From: Patescibacteria group bacterium
Lineage (GTDB): Bacteria; Patescibacteriota; Minisyncoccia; Phycocordibacterales; JBHPGB01
Assembly: GCA_042571085.1 (NCBI GenBank)
Contig: JBHPGB010000002.1
Location: 6,796 to 70,795 of the forward strand
DNA: 64,000 nt
Direction: 5' to 3'
Position 1 is the first letter of the stretch. Every line of letters starts with the position of its first letter. Made by a program: the position numbers and the translations under genes. Positions 38,957 to 47,859 of this stretch are shown piece by piece. The notes beneath the pieces were generated by a model that made no database searches, was not told the origin of the DNA, and was given only the letters and a program-made list of their open reading frames with translations.

Positions 38957-39017
38957 AATTTAGCTTTTAAAATACGGCTCATTTGAAATGAGCCGTATTT
39001 TACACTTAAAAATAAGG

Positions 39018-39317
39018 TTAATCTAGCGTGTAAAATGTTCCTTTTGATTCTCCGCGCTGAGTGATTTTCCCTTCTTTTTCTAACTCGTCTAGATATCTAG
39101 TGGCTGTTGCATCTGAAACACCGAGCAATTCTTCAATATCATTATTTCTTATCTCTCCATTTTTTCGCAAAAAATCTAATATTTGGCTTTTGTTTTTTTC
39201 TTTTTTCTTACTGCGAGCTGAAAGCCGCTGAACTCCTCGATGAGTTATCGCACCTATATAGTACCCAACCATGATGCTTGCGAATATTATAAAAAATAAA
39301 GTTATCGTGTTTATCAT
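39018..39317 (-). CDS. membrane-anchored winged-helix (HTH) protein
   Basis: N-terminal TM helix. C-terminal MarR/ArsR-like HTH ([40 protein letters not shown]). Confidence 0.45.
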   Translation of the reverse strand: MINTITLFFIIFASIMVGYYIGAITHRGVQRLSARSKKKEKNKSQILDFLRKNGEIRNNDIEELLGVSDATATRYLDELEKEGKITQRGESKGTFYTLD

Positions 39318-39404
39318 ATAATTTATTGTACCATATTCAATTCTTTAAAAACAAAACCTGCTCACAGGTGAGCAGGTTTTGTTTTTTATTTTAAAGATTA
39401 CTCG

Positions 39405-39545
39405 TTAAAATTCTTCCTCAATATCTACACCACAACCTTCTTCATCTTCAAAATCAGTGTCGTAATTGCCTTCTGAATCACATACAAGACAAAGCCCGTC
39501 TTCATCAAGTTCAACGTCACATTTAGAACAAAAATTTTGATCCAT
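39405..39545 (-). CDS. possible 46-aa acidic zinc-ribbon peptide
   Basis: MDQNFCSKCDVELDEDGLCLVCDSEGNYDTDFEDEEGCGVDIEEEF with two CxxC pairs. Below the ORF-track cutoff. No clear RBS. Confidence 0.3.
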   Translation of the reverse strand: MDQNFCSKCDVELDEDGLCLVCDSEGNYDTDFEDEEGCGVDIEEEF

Positions 39546-39677
39546 ATGTTGTACAAAACAATTAAATTATAATTTACTTAGTACTATACAAATACTAAGG
39601 CAAGAAATATTATTTCCTATTTCAATTATAATGTCAATACTTTTTCAGGCCTTTTTTATGTGGAAAAATGAACCATC

Positions 39678-40337
39678 TCACAAAGACCAATTTATTGGTT
39701 TTTTGTTGTTTTTTGTAAGATATTCGTTAGCTTTTTTAAAATGATCACAACCGAAAAAACCACTATATGCAGAAAAAGGAGACGGGTGTGGGGCTTCTAA
39801 TATAAGATGTTTATTTTTATCTATAAGTACAGATTTTGCACGTGCATAATTTCCCCATAGCACAAATACAACATTTTCTTTTTCATCCGATATTTTTTTA
39901 ATTACAAAATCAGTGAAACCTTCCCAGCCTTTTCCTGCATGAGACGCTGGAGAATTTTTAATCACTGTTAGTACCGCATTTAGCATAAGCACTCCCTGCT
40001 TTGCCCAACCTTCTAAATCACCATTCTCTCTTTCAATACCTACTTCTTTTAAAATATTTTTAAGAGATGGTGGAAGTTTAATTCCTTCATTTACTGAAAA
40101 ACAAAGTCCATTTGCTTGCTCTGCTCCATGATATGGATCTTGCCCGAGTATTACCACTGAAACTTTACTGAACGGACACAAATCAAAAGCACGAAAAATC
40201 TGCTTTGGTGGCGGATAAACTTCTTTTGATACATATTCTTTTTCCACAAAATCAGTAAGTGCTTGAAAATCTTCTCGTTCAAAATACTCATTCAAAATCT
40301 TTTTCCAAGATTTTTCTATCTTTATGTCTTTTGTCAT
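39678..40337 (-). CDS. ung: uracil-DNA glycosylase, family 1
   Basis: GQDPYH water-activating motif. Leu-intercalation loop region HPSPFSA. 219 aa. Confidence 0.85.
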   Translation of the reverse strand: MTKDIKIEKSWKKILNEYFEREDFQALTDFVEKEYVSKEVYPPPKQIFRAFDLCPFSKVSVVILGQDPYHGAEQANGLCFSVNEGIKLPPSLKNILKEVGIERENGDLEGWAKQGVLMLNAVLTVIKNSPASHAGKGWEGFTDFVIKKISDEKENVVFVLWGNYARAKSVLIDKNKHLILEAPHPSPFSAYSGFFGCDHFKKANEYLTKNNKKPINWSL

Positions 40338-40404
40338 GTTGGGTATTATACAATAGATGCATCACAAACAAAAAAAGAGCTGTCGCTCTTTTTTTTGGTG
40401 AAAT

Positions 40405-40522
40405 GTGCGCCGAGTAGGATTTGCCTCTCACAAATCAAAGATTTGTTCCGAAACGCACTATTTTTATAGTCGTTAAACACTCCTTAAAAATAGGCGCCTA
40501 CGGTTCAAACCCTACTCGGCAT
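40405..40522. repeat. tRNA-associated element copy 2: same conserved core flanked by an inverted and a direct copy of the tRNA-Tyr 3' end
   Basis: GTGCGCCGAGTAGGATTTG (reverse complement of the tRNA-Tyr 3' end), core identical to the 23187-23262 core over its first 46 nt and last 16 nt, then GGTTCAAACCCTACTCGGCAT. Confidence 0.75.
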
Positions 40523-40572
40523 AATAAATATAAAAAACGATAATCTTTTCAGATTACCGTTTTTTATGTTTA

Positions 40573-40658
40573 TGGTGCGCCGAGTAGGATTTGAACCTAC
40601 GTAGGACAAGTCCGGCAGATTTACAGTCTGCTGCGATTGACCACTCCGCCATCGACGC
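40573..40658 (-). tRNA. tRNA-Tyr (anticodon GTA), long variable arm, CCA encoded
   Basis: GCGTCGATGGCGGAGTGGTCAATCGCAGCAGACTGTAAATCTGCCGGACTTGTCCTACGTAGGTTCAAATCCTACTCGGCGCACCA. Confidence 0.8.
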
Positions 40659-40742
40659 ATTTATTCAATTGAATACTTAAATAATGTACCATAAAAAAAC
40701 AATCGGCTCAATAGATTGAGAGCCGATTGTTTTTTTATGTGT

Positions 40743-43454
40743 CTACACTGTTGTGGTTTTTCTTTTTGCTTTTGTAATCTTTCTTACTGTCTTTTTCTTT
40801 GTGCCCGCATTGCCACTTTTCTCTGCAGTGACAACAATTTCACCTGCTTTCATATCTACCGAAACCTTACCACCATCCACTACTCCGCGCGCAACCATCA
40901 TATTTGCGACCGCTGTGAGAATTTTATCTTGGATAAGACGCTTGAGTGGTCGTGCCCCATATTGAGGATTGTATCCTTCTTTACCAAGATAGGTAAGCGC
41001 TTTATCTGAAACAGTAAGTTTAATCCCCTTTTCTGCCAATCTTTTTGTAACAATATCAATTTGCACATCTACAATATTTCGTATTGCTTCTGGAGAAAGG
41101 ATGTCAAACACAACAATTTCATCCAATCGATTCAAAAATTCTGGGCGGAAATGATCACGCAAGCTTCCCAACACCTTATCTTTCGCATCGCTGTAATCCT
41201 CTTCGGCATCCTTGTTTGAAAATCCAATTGATTCCATTTTGTCTATATATTCTGCGCCGATGTTTGAAGTAAGAACGATAATAGTATTTTTGAAATTAAT
41301 TTTTCGGCCTTTTGCATCTGTAAGCTGACCTTCATCAAGCACTTGTAGAAGTACGTTGAACACCTCAGGGTGTGCCTTTTCAACTTCATCAAAAAGAATT
41401 ACTGAATATGGACGATGTCGTACCGCTTCTGTTAGTTGCCCTGCTTCTTCGTGCCCCACATAGCCCGGAGGTGAGCCCATAAGCTTTGAAATTGAGTGTG
41501 ATTCCATATATTCGCTCATATCCACACGCACAAGCGCTTTGTCGTCATCAAACATAAACTTGGCAAGGGTTTTGGTAAGCTCTGTCTTTCCAACCCCTGT
41601 TGGACCTAAGAATATAAATGATCCGATTGGACGATTTGGGTCTGAAATACCCACCCGTGAGCGCTTCACGGCATCTGCAACCTTTCTCACTGCTTCACTT
41701 TGTCCAATTACTCTTTCCTCCAAAACCTCTTCCATGCGCGCTAATTTTTCTGCTTCTTCTTCAAGCATGCGTGATGTTGGTACACCAGTCCATCGGGCCA
41801 CCACTTCTGCAATATCTTCCTCAGTAATTTCCTCTTTCAATATTCTGCGTGTTTTCTGTAATTTCTTTAATTTTGCAACTTTAATTTTCAGTTCCTTTTC
41901 TAGAACCGGAATTTTTCCGTATCGAATTTCTGCAGCAGTTCCGAGGTCTGCATGTATTTCTGCATTCTCTGCTTCAATACGAAATGTTTCCAATTCTTTC
42001 TTTATTGTTTTAATGCTTGTGTGTAATTCTTTTTCATTTTTCCATTTAAGCTCAAGCTCGCGTGTTTTCTCGCGCAAGTTTGCAATCTCCTTATCAATTA
42101 CCCGTACACGAGCACGCGCTTTTTTTGCGACAGCGGTTTCCCCCTCTTTTACTTCTTTTTTAAGTGCCTCTTTCTCAACATCTAGTCGCATAATCGAACG
42201 ATGCGTAGCTTCGAGTATCACCGGCTTATTTTCAAGTGTCATACGAAGAGCTGCTGCGGCCTCATCAATAAGATCGACTGATTTGTCCGGCAAAAATCGG
42301 CTTGTGATATATCTACTTGAAAGCTCCACGGAAGCAATAATCGCATCATCAGTAATACGCACGCCGTGATAAAGCTCATATTTTTCTTTAAGCCCGCGCA
42401 TAATTGCTTTTGCATCTTCTAAAGATGGTTCATCTACATAGATGGACTGGAAGCGTCGTGCAAGTGCCGCGTCCTTCTCAATATATTTTTGGTATTCTTT
42501 GATTGTTGTTGCACCAATTGCACGTAGCTCACCACGCGCCAGTGCAGGCTTTAACATGTTTGATGCATCCATTGATCCTTCTGCAGATCCAGCACCAACA
42601 ATAGTATGAATCTCATCTATAAAGAGGACAATCTTCCCTTCTGATTTTTCAACTTCCTTAATTACATTCTTTAGACGCTCTTCAAACTCACCGCGAAATT
42701 TTGTTCCAGCAACAAGAAGTCCTAGATCGAGACTCACCAATTCTTTATCTTTTAAAGAATCAGGAACCTCTCCTTTTGCAATACGCACAGCGAGCCCTTC
42801 TGCAATCGCTGTTTTTCCAACCCCTGGTTCACCAATTAGCATTGGATTATTTTTTGTACGACGAGAAAGTATTTCCATCACACGACGAATTTCATTATCA
42901 CGCCCAATAACAGGGTCTAGCTTATCTTCGGAAGCGAGTTTTGTTAGGTTGCGAGTATATTTTGCAAGAGTGCGGTATTTTTTTTGCCCTGTATCAATAT
43001 CAGTAATATTTGAACTACGTAACTCTTCTAGAATTTTTTCTGCACTATCTCTTTCAACCTTAAAACGAGCCAGTAATTCTTTTGCTGGGTTAGCTGACCC
43101 AAGCATAGAAAGGAATAGGTGCTCCGTAGAAACAAACTCGTCTTTCAATTTCTGTGTCACTTGCATTGATTCTTCTAAAATACGAGCAAGTTCGGGTGTA
43201 AGATAAATCTGGTATGAAGGAGAAACTGTGTTTGAGCTTTCGCCCTCAATGACTTCTAGAGCTGTATCAATAAGTAGTGGTGTATCTACTTCCATTCTGT
43301 CTAACATAGAAATAACCATTGATTCTTCTTGGAGTAACATTGCTGTAAGCAAATGCACTGGATTCACATGATTTTGACCACGTTCAATAGCGAGCTCGTG
43401 GGCCCGCTTAATTGCTTCTTTTGCTTTTGTTGTAAATGAATTTAGTGGTGGCAT
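40743..43454 (-). CDS. clpB: AAA+ chaperone ClpB (two NBDs with coiled-coil middle domain)
   Basis: Clp N-domain repeats, two Walker A/B modules ([16 protein letters not shown]), long M-domain coiled coil. Confidence 0.85.
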   Translation of the reverse strand: MPPLNSFTTKAKEAIKRAHELAIERGQNHVNPVHLLTAMLLQEESMVISMLDRMEVDTPLLIDTALEVIEGESSNTVSPSYQIYLTPELARILEESMQVTQKLKDEFVSTEHLFLSMLGSANPAKELLARFKVERDSAEKILEELRSSNITDIDTGQKKYRTLAKYTRNLTKLASEDKLDPVIGRDNEIRRVMEILSRRTKNNPMLIGEPGVGKTAIAEGLAVRIAKGEVPDSLKDKELVSLDLGLLVAGTKFRGEFEERLKNVIKEVEKSEGKIVLFIDEIHTIVGAGSAEGSMDASNMLKPALARGELRAIGATTIKEYQKYIEKDAALARRFQSIYVDEPSLEDAKAIMRGLKEKYELYHGVRITDDAIIASVELSSRYITSRFLPDKSVDLIDEAAAALRMTLENKPVILEATHRSIMRLDVEKEALKKEVKEGETAVAKKARARVRVIDKEIANLREKTRELELKWKNEKELHTSIKTIKKELETFRIEAENAEIHADLGTAAEIRYGKIPVLEKELKIKVAKLKKLQKTRRILKEEITEEDIAEVVARWTGVPTSRMLEEEAEKLARMEEVLEERVIGQSEAVRKVADAVKRSRVGISDPNRPIGSFIFLGPTGVGKTELTKTLAKFMFDDDKALVRVDMSEYMESHSISKLMGSPPGYVGHEEAGQLTEAVRHRPYSVILFDEVEKAHPEVFNVLLQVLDEGQLTDAKGRKINFKNTIIVLTSNIGAEYIDKMESIGFSNKDAEEDYSDAKDKVLGSLRDHFRPEFLNRLDEIVVFDILSPEAIRNIVDVQIDIVTKRLAEKGIKLTVSDKALTYLGKEGYNPQYGARPLKRLIQDKILTAVANMMVARGVVDGGKVSVDMKAGEIVVTAEKSGNAGTKKKTVRKITKAKRKTTTV

Positions 43455-43712
43455 CGTTTACTTTTAAAGAGTAAGTAAGGTTATTTTATAAACTCACTTA
43501 CTCCTATTTAATTATCTTTAATAAGTGCAGTATAAAACACATCCCCTTATTTTTCAAGGCAAAATTAAAACCCCCGCAGTGTTAGTGCGGGGGGTGTTGA
43601 TGCGAAGTCATAGACTCCTTGTAGATATCATCCGGCGAAATCATTTCACCTTCAATTGATTATCTCTTTAAAGAACAAATTCCTTTTCGCTCTAGCCGGT
43701 GATCGATTGTGA

Positions 43713-43847
43713 TCAGGCGCAGGTCGCGGACGGTGCGGGCAGGCCGATGGTGCCGGTGTCGCGGGTCAGGCCGATGGCAGTGGTCAGGTTGGCGGTTGCA
43801 ATATTGGCATCAATACAGGTCTTGGTCAAACGGTGTCGATGGTGCAT
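43713..43847 (-). CDS. candidate small protein A (44 aa, MHHRHRLTKTCIDANIATANLTTAIGLTRDTGTIGLPAPSATCA) in a roughly 60%-GC island
   Basis: Strong SD AAGGAGAG 7 nt upstream of ATG. Near-consensus promoter TTGACA-N16-TACACT. Terminator AAAACCCCCGCAGTGTTAGTGCGGGGGGT downstream. In-frame paralogue at 61271-61357. Confidence 0.4.
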   Translation of the reverse strand: MHHRHRLTKTCIDANIATANLTTAIGLTRDTGTIGLPAPSATCA

Positions 43848-43913
43848 CGTGTCTCTCCTTACTGGCCGTTTTGGCGAAGTGGGTCAGCAACGCTTTTGCT
43901 AACCTCCCTCGTA

Positions 43914-43940
43914 GTGTACACGCCACACAAAATTTGTCAA
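43914..43940 (-). promoter_or_regulatory. sigma-70-type promoter of locus A (TTGACA -35, TACACT -10)
   Basis: Minus strand reads TTGACAAATTTTGTGTGGCGTGTACACT. Confidence 0.5.
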
Positions 43941-44031
43941 GCCTTTTCTTCAACTAACAAAACTTACTCTCCTACACACTAAAAAAATTGCTTAAAATAT
44001 AAATATTTTAAGCAATTTTCATTTTTTATAA

Positions 44032-44895
44032 TTATTCCGTTGCGGTATCAGCCTCACTTAAAGAGAGCTTTGAGCTGTAAATAAATCCTTCTATTGTGCC
44101 AGATGGAACAGTAAACACATTAGCATCTCGCACCAAATTCATTCCGGCAATATTACCGCTTACATCAAATAACATACTGCCTGAATCGTATTTTTTAAGA
44201 GTTATGTTTGTATAAATTGCGTACAAATAAGATTCTGTTGTGCTTCCTTCATCTTCCTCACCAGCAACTTCCCTTTCAGACATTTTTAAATTTGAAATGA
44301 ATCCAGAAGAAATTTTATTATTGCTGATTCCGCTTAGAGTAATCACAGTTTCCCCAAGAGAAAGCGTGCTTTCATTAGCAAAAGCAACTGGTGTAAATAA
44401 GGTGTCTACGCTTTCATTAGGAGAAAGTATGGCAATACCAACACTTTCGGTTTGATCAACCACACTCATACTAAACTCGCTACCATCACCAAGTACAATT
44501 AAGTAATCTATATCTGCACCGACTAATGCACTGTCTGTAACAACCATTCCGTCTTCTGAAACAACAAAACCAAGTGCTATAAATTCATCTTCTCCATCTT
44601 CTCCTATCGCAGCTTTTTTAATGCGTACCAAACTCTGCTTATTCTTTGCCACTGCCTCAACCAAAGCATCATCTTTTTCAACAACGATAGTTTTCACAAC
44701 TGTTGATCCTTGAGTTTTTTCGGGCACAACGGTTTCAATTGTTTTTTCAACGACCTTACTGATTGTATGTGTCATACCTGGTGGCGCTTGATCCATAAGA
44801 GAAACCGTTACAATACCAGTCGCGATTGAGGTCACAAAGCTTGTGAGCAATGTAAGGAGAATTATTTGAGATTTGTTTAGTTCCTCTATGTTCAT
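44032..44895 (-). CDS. membrane-anchored trypsin-like (S1C/HtrA-like) domain protein, possibly catalytically inactive
   Basis: N-terminal TM. Blocks resembling the HtrA His and Ser regions (TDSALVGADIDYLIVLGDG, YDSGSMLFDVSGNIAGMNL), but the His position is not conserved. Confidence 0.4.
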   Translation of the reverse strand: MNIEELNKSQIILLTLLTSFVTSIATGIVTVSLMDQAPPGMTHTISKVVEKTIETVVPEKTQGSTVVKTIVVEKDDALVEAVAKNKQSLVRIKKAAIGEDGEDEFIALGFVVSEDGMVVTDSALVGADIDYLIVLGDGSEFSMSVVDQTESVGIAILSPNESVDTLFTPVAFANESTLSLGETVITLSGISNNKISSGFISNLKMSEREVAGEEDEGSTTESYLYAIYTNITLKKYDSGSMLFDVSGNIAGMNLVRDANVFTVPSGTIEGFIYSSKLSLSEADTATE

Positions 44896-44922
44896 ATTAC
44901 GTATAGTATACTGTATTTTGTA

Positions 44923-45492
44923 TTATGCTCCAAATCTTTCACTAGCCATATCCCAGTTTATTTGCTTCATAAATGTGGAAATATAATCCGCACGAGCAAG
45001 TCCATAGTCTCTGATATAAGCATGTTCAAATACATCCATCACAATTAGTGGTTTTGCTCCGATCAAATGTCCTACATCATGTTCATTTATCCAAATATTG
45101 AAAAGTTTTCCTGAGTCTCCATCTTGAGCTAGTACCACCCAACCAATTCCTCGCATCGCACCTGTTGCTTTAAAATCTTCAGCCCATTTTTCAAATGAAG
45201 TAAACTGCTCAGTAATTTTTTTATGAAGCTCTGAATCTTCACTTAAATTTTGTGCATCTTTGCTCAAATTTCCAAAATACAATTCGTGCATACGCATACC
45301 GTCCCATTCCCAACCAAAGCGACGCTTCAACTCTGCGTATTCTGGCGTACCTGATTCCATATCATATCCTTTCTCCATGAGCTTGTTTGTATTTGCAACA
45401 TAACCTTCATATAATTTGAAGTGGTCTTGTAAGAGCTCGTCACTAAATCCTTCAGTTCCTAATAAGTGTGTAAAATCTTTTTTTTCGTACAT
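44923..45492 (-). CDS. sod: Fe/Mn superoxide dismutase
   Basis: C-terminal signature DVFEHAYIRDY. Metal ligands HELYF, WINEHD. Confidence 0.85.
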   Translation of the reverse strand: MYEKKDFTHLLGTEGFSDELLQDHFKLYEGYVANTNKLMEKGYDMESGTPEYAELKRRFGWEWDGMRMHELYFGNLSKDAQNLSEDSELHKKITEQFTSFEKWAEDFKATGAMRGIGWVVLAQDGDSGKLFNIWINEHDVGHLIGAKPLIVMDVFEHAYIRDYGLARADYISTFMKQINWDMASERFGA

Positions 45493-45653
45493 AATTTTAA
45501 GTTGTTAATTGTTAAAATATTTTATAATAACCCTCTTGCACAAGATACATAAACAATATATACTATAAGAACAAATGGCCTTCGGGCTCCGAGACTTTCT
45601 TCGCGAGGAGAAAGATCGTTGCAAAAACATCTCTTTTGAGATGTTTTTGTTTT

Positions 45654-46052
45654 TTACAAAAATTCTTTTACTAAATTTCTAACCTTTTCAAACTCTTCTT
45701 CAGAAAAGGTACGGACCTTTCTCAAAAGCCTTTTACTGCTTATTGTTCTAATTTGAGACAATATAATTGAATATTTTTCTCCATTATATTCAAATTGGTA
45801 ATAATACTTCCCTGTTTTGTTTTTGCTCGTAAGTGGCAATATCCATAACATATCTTTATTAAACTTTTTCAAAATAAGTATAGGTCTTTCAAACTTTTCA
45901 TTCTTTCCGTCTTGCTCATACCCAATATTAGCACCTAGACTTGCCCACCAGATTTCTCGTTCCTTAAAATATGGTAATTCCTCTTCGGAAATATAAATTC
46001 TAACTTTTAACTTCGTCCATTCTACGAACTTTAATAATATTTCCCTATTCAT
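45654..46052 (-). CDS. mazF: PemK/MazF-family endoribonuclease toxin homologue; start overlaps the iscS stop (ATGA)
   Basis: MazF-like blocks IWWASLGANIGYEQDG and ERPILILKKFNKDMLWILPLTS. No antitoxin ORF upstream. Confidence 0.55.
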   Translation of the reverse strand: MNREILLKFVEWTKLKVRIYISEEELPYFKEREIWWASLGANIGYEQDGKNEKFERPILILKKFNKDMLWILPLTSKNKTGKYYYQFEYNGEKYSIILSQIRTISSKRLLRKVRTFSEEEFEKVRNLVKEFL

Positions 46053-47233
46053 ATTTTAACAACCTTAAAAATATTCTTCAAACTTTTTATTGTGTAATCT
46101 AAATCTCTTTTTGTTGTACTGCGCCCCATACTGAACCTTATTGCGCTTTCGGGGTGATGTCCTTTGCCGAGTGCGCTGATCACATAAGAAGCATCCTTAT
46201 CGCTCTCACACGCGCTGCGCGATGCAACCGCGATCCCTTTCGCATCTAGCCGTAAAATCAATTCTTCACTGCCAACTCCCGGGAAAGAGACGTTCACCAT
46301 GTTCGGCAATATCTCTCCTTCACCATTAAATACGGCTTTTGGAAATTCCTTTTCTATTCTATCAACAAAATATTCACGCAATTCCTGCAGACGCGCGTTT
46401 TCTTCTTCTTTTATTTCTGCAGAGATTTTCACGGCCTCACCACAACCAACTATTCCGGTCACGTTTTCAGTACCAGCGCGCAACCCACTCTCCTGTTTTC
46501 CGCCATAAATAATATGTTCAATTTTTACTCCTCTTCTTACATACAGTATTCCAGCTCCTTTTGGCCCGTATACTTTTGACCCACTGCCTGAAAGTAAATC
46601 AACATGTAGTTTGCGTATGTCCGTTTCTAAATAGTTTAGCGCTTGTGCTGTGTCTGTGTGAAGTATAGTCTTCTGACTTCCATTTTTGTTATGTTCACGA
46701 ATTACTTTTGCAATTTCTTTAATTGGCTGTATGACTCCTGTTTCATTATTGGCATACATTATAGAAACCATTACTGTATTTTCACGCAGCGCTTCTTTTA
46801 TTTCTTTAGGATCAACAGCTCCATTTTCACCGACTTCAAGATATGTGACTTCAAGACCTCTTTTTTCAAGCCCGCGAAACACATCAAGTATTGAAGGGTG
46901 TTCGATCTTGGTCGTAATCGCATGTAATTTGCTGTCTGGTGTGCCAAATGATTCCAAGGCGTTAAAAAAGCCAGCAATCGCAAGATTGTTTGATTCGGTA
47001 CCACCACTAGTAAACACTATCTCATCTGGTGGGCACGCAAAAAAGTCTGCGACTTTTTTGCGTGCATCTTCAAGTGCTTTTTTTGCTTCTACACCTTCTT
47101 TGTGGATTGATCCTGGATTACCAAAATTTTTTCTACTGTATTCATCCATCATCTTTTTAACTCGTTTGTCTATTGGAGTGGTTGAAGCATGATCTAGGTA
47201 GATTCGTTTTTTGTTGAACATGTTTATTATCAT
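46049..47233 (-). CDS. iscS: cysteine desulfurase (IscS/NifS family, class V aminotransferase)
   Basis: PLP-lysine motif SGSGSKVYGPKG. Catalytic Cys loop SRSACESD. Confidence 0.85.
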   Translation of the reverse strand: MIINMFNKKRIYLDHASTTPIDKRVKKMMDEYSRKNFGNPGSIHKEGVEAKKALEDARKKVADFFACPPDEIVFTSGGTESNNLAIAGFFNALESFGTPDSKLHAITTKIEHPSILDVFRGLEKRGLEVTYLEVGENGAVDPKEIKEALRENTVMVSIMYANNETGVIQPIKEIAKVIREHNKNGSQKTILHTDTAQALNYLETDIRKLHVDLLSGSGSKVYGPKGAGILYVRRGVKIEHIIYGGKQESGLRAGTENVTGIVGCGEAVKISAEIKEEENARLQELREYFVDRIEKEFPKAVFNGEGEILPNMVNVSFPGVGSEELILRLDAKGIAVASRSACESDKDASYVISALGKGHHPESAIRFSMGRSTTKRDLDYTIKSLKNIFKVVKI

Positions 47234-47300
47234 TAACTTTAATTGTAAAGCATTTTTATATTAATGTAAAAAGTGTGAAATTTTTATTATTTACGATATA

Positions 47301-47792
47301 ATGAAGGGCATGAATTTTGATTTTATAACAACAGATATACTTGTGTACACACTTATCAGCCTACTCATAATCACGGTAATTTTAATCCTGCTGATTATTC
47401 GTCTAGAAATTAAATTGCGTGGAATACTGCGCGGTAAAAATGCGAAGACTCTTGAAGACACAATCAACTCTTTAGGTAACGAAATAAAAAACCTACACGT
47501 ATCAAGAGAAGAAATCGAGACTTACTTAAAAAGTGCGGAAAAGCGAATCAAAAGAAGCACGCAAGGGATAGCTACTGTGCGGTTCAATCCATTCAAAGGT
47601 ACTGGTTCTGGAGGCAATCAGAGTTTCGCCACTGCTTTTGTAGACGAACACGGAGACGGTGTTGTGATTTCAAGCCTGTATAGTCGTGACCGCATGAGTG
47701 TATATGCAAAACCGCTCAATAATCACAAGTCAGAGTTTGAACTAACGACGGAAGAAAAGGAGGCTGTCAAAAAAGCAAGTTTAAACAATTGA
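47301..47792 (+). CDS. membrane-anchored hypothetical protein (resembles the DUF4446 family)
   Basis: N-terminal TM, coiled coil, then VRFNPFKGTGSGGNQSFATAFVDEHGDGVVISSLYSRD block. Confidence 0.4.
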   Translation: MKGMNFDFITTDILVYTLISLLIITVILILLIIRLEIKLRGILRGKNAKTLEDTINSLGNEIKNLHVSREEIETYLKSAEKRIKRSTQGIATVRFNPFKGTGSGGNQSFATAFVDEHGDGVVISSLYSRDRMSVYAKPLNNHKSEFELTTEEKEAVKKASLNN

Positions 47793-47859
47793 TTACTATA
47801 TTAGCCTACTGGCTTATTACAAATTGCGCTTAGGCGCAATTTGTTGTATTCTACACAGC

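Noticed and set aside
43699-43957. Two overlapping plus-strand ORFs (67 and 82 aa) predicted inside the GC-rich island
   Set aside because: They start at GTG with no Shine-Dalgarno and exist only because the high GC suppresses stop codons. The minus-strand 44-aa ORF has promoter, SD and terminator, and its paralogue conserves the frame.
45540-45625. Possible small RNA (GGCCTTCGGGC hairpin plus CTTTCTTCGCGAGGAGAAAG hairpin) between sod and the mazF-like gene
   Set aside because: It is most simply the sod promoter/leader plus the shared terminator at 45625-45655. No independent promoter or conservation evidence.
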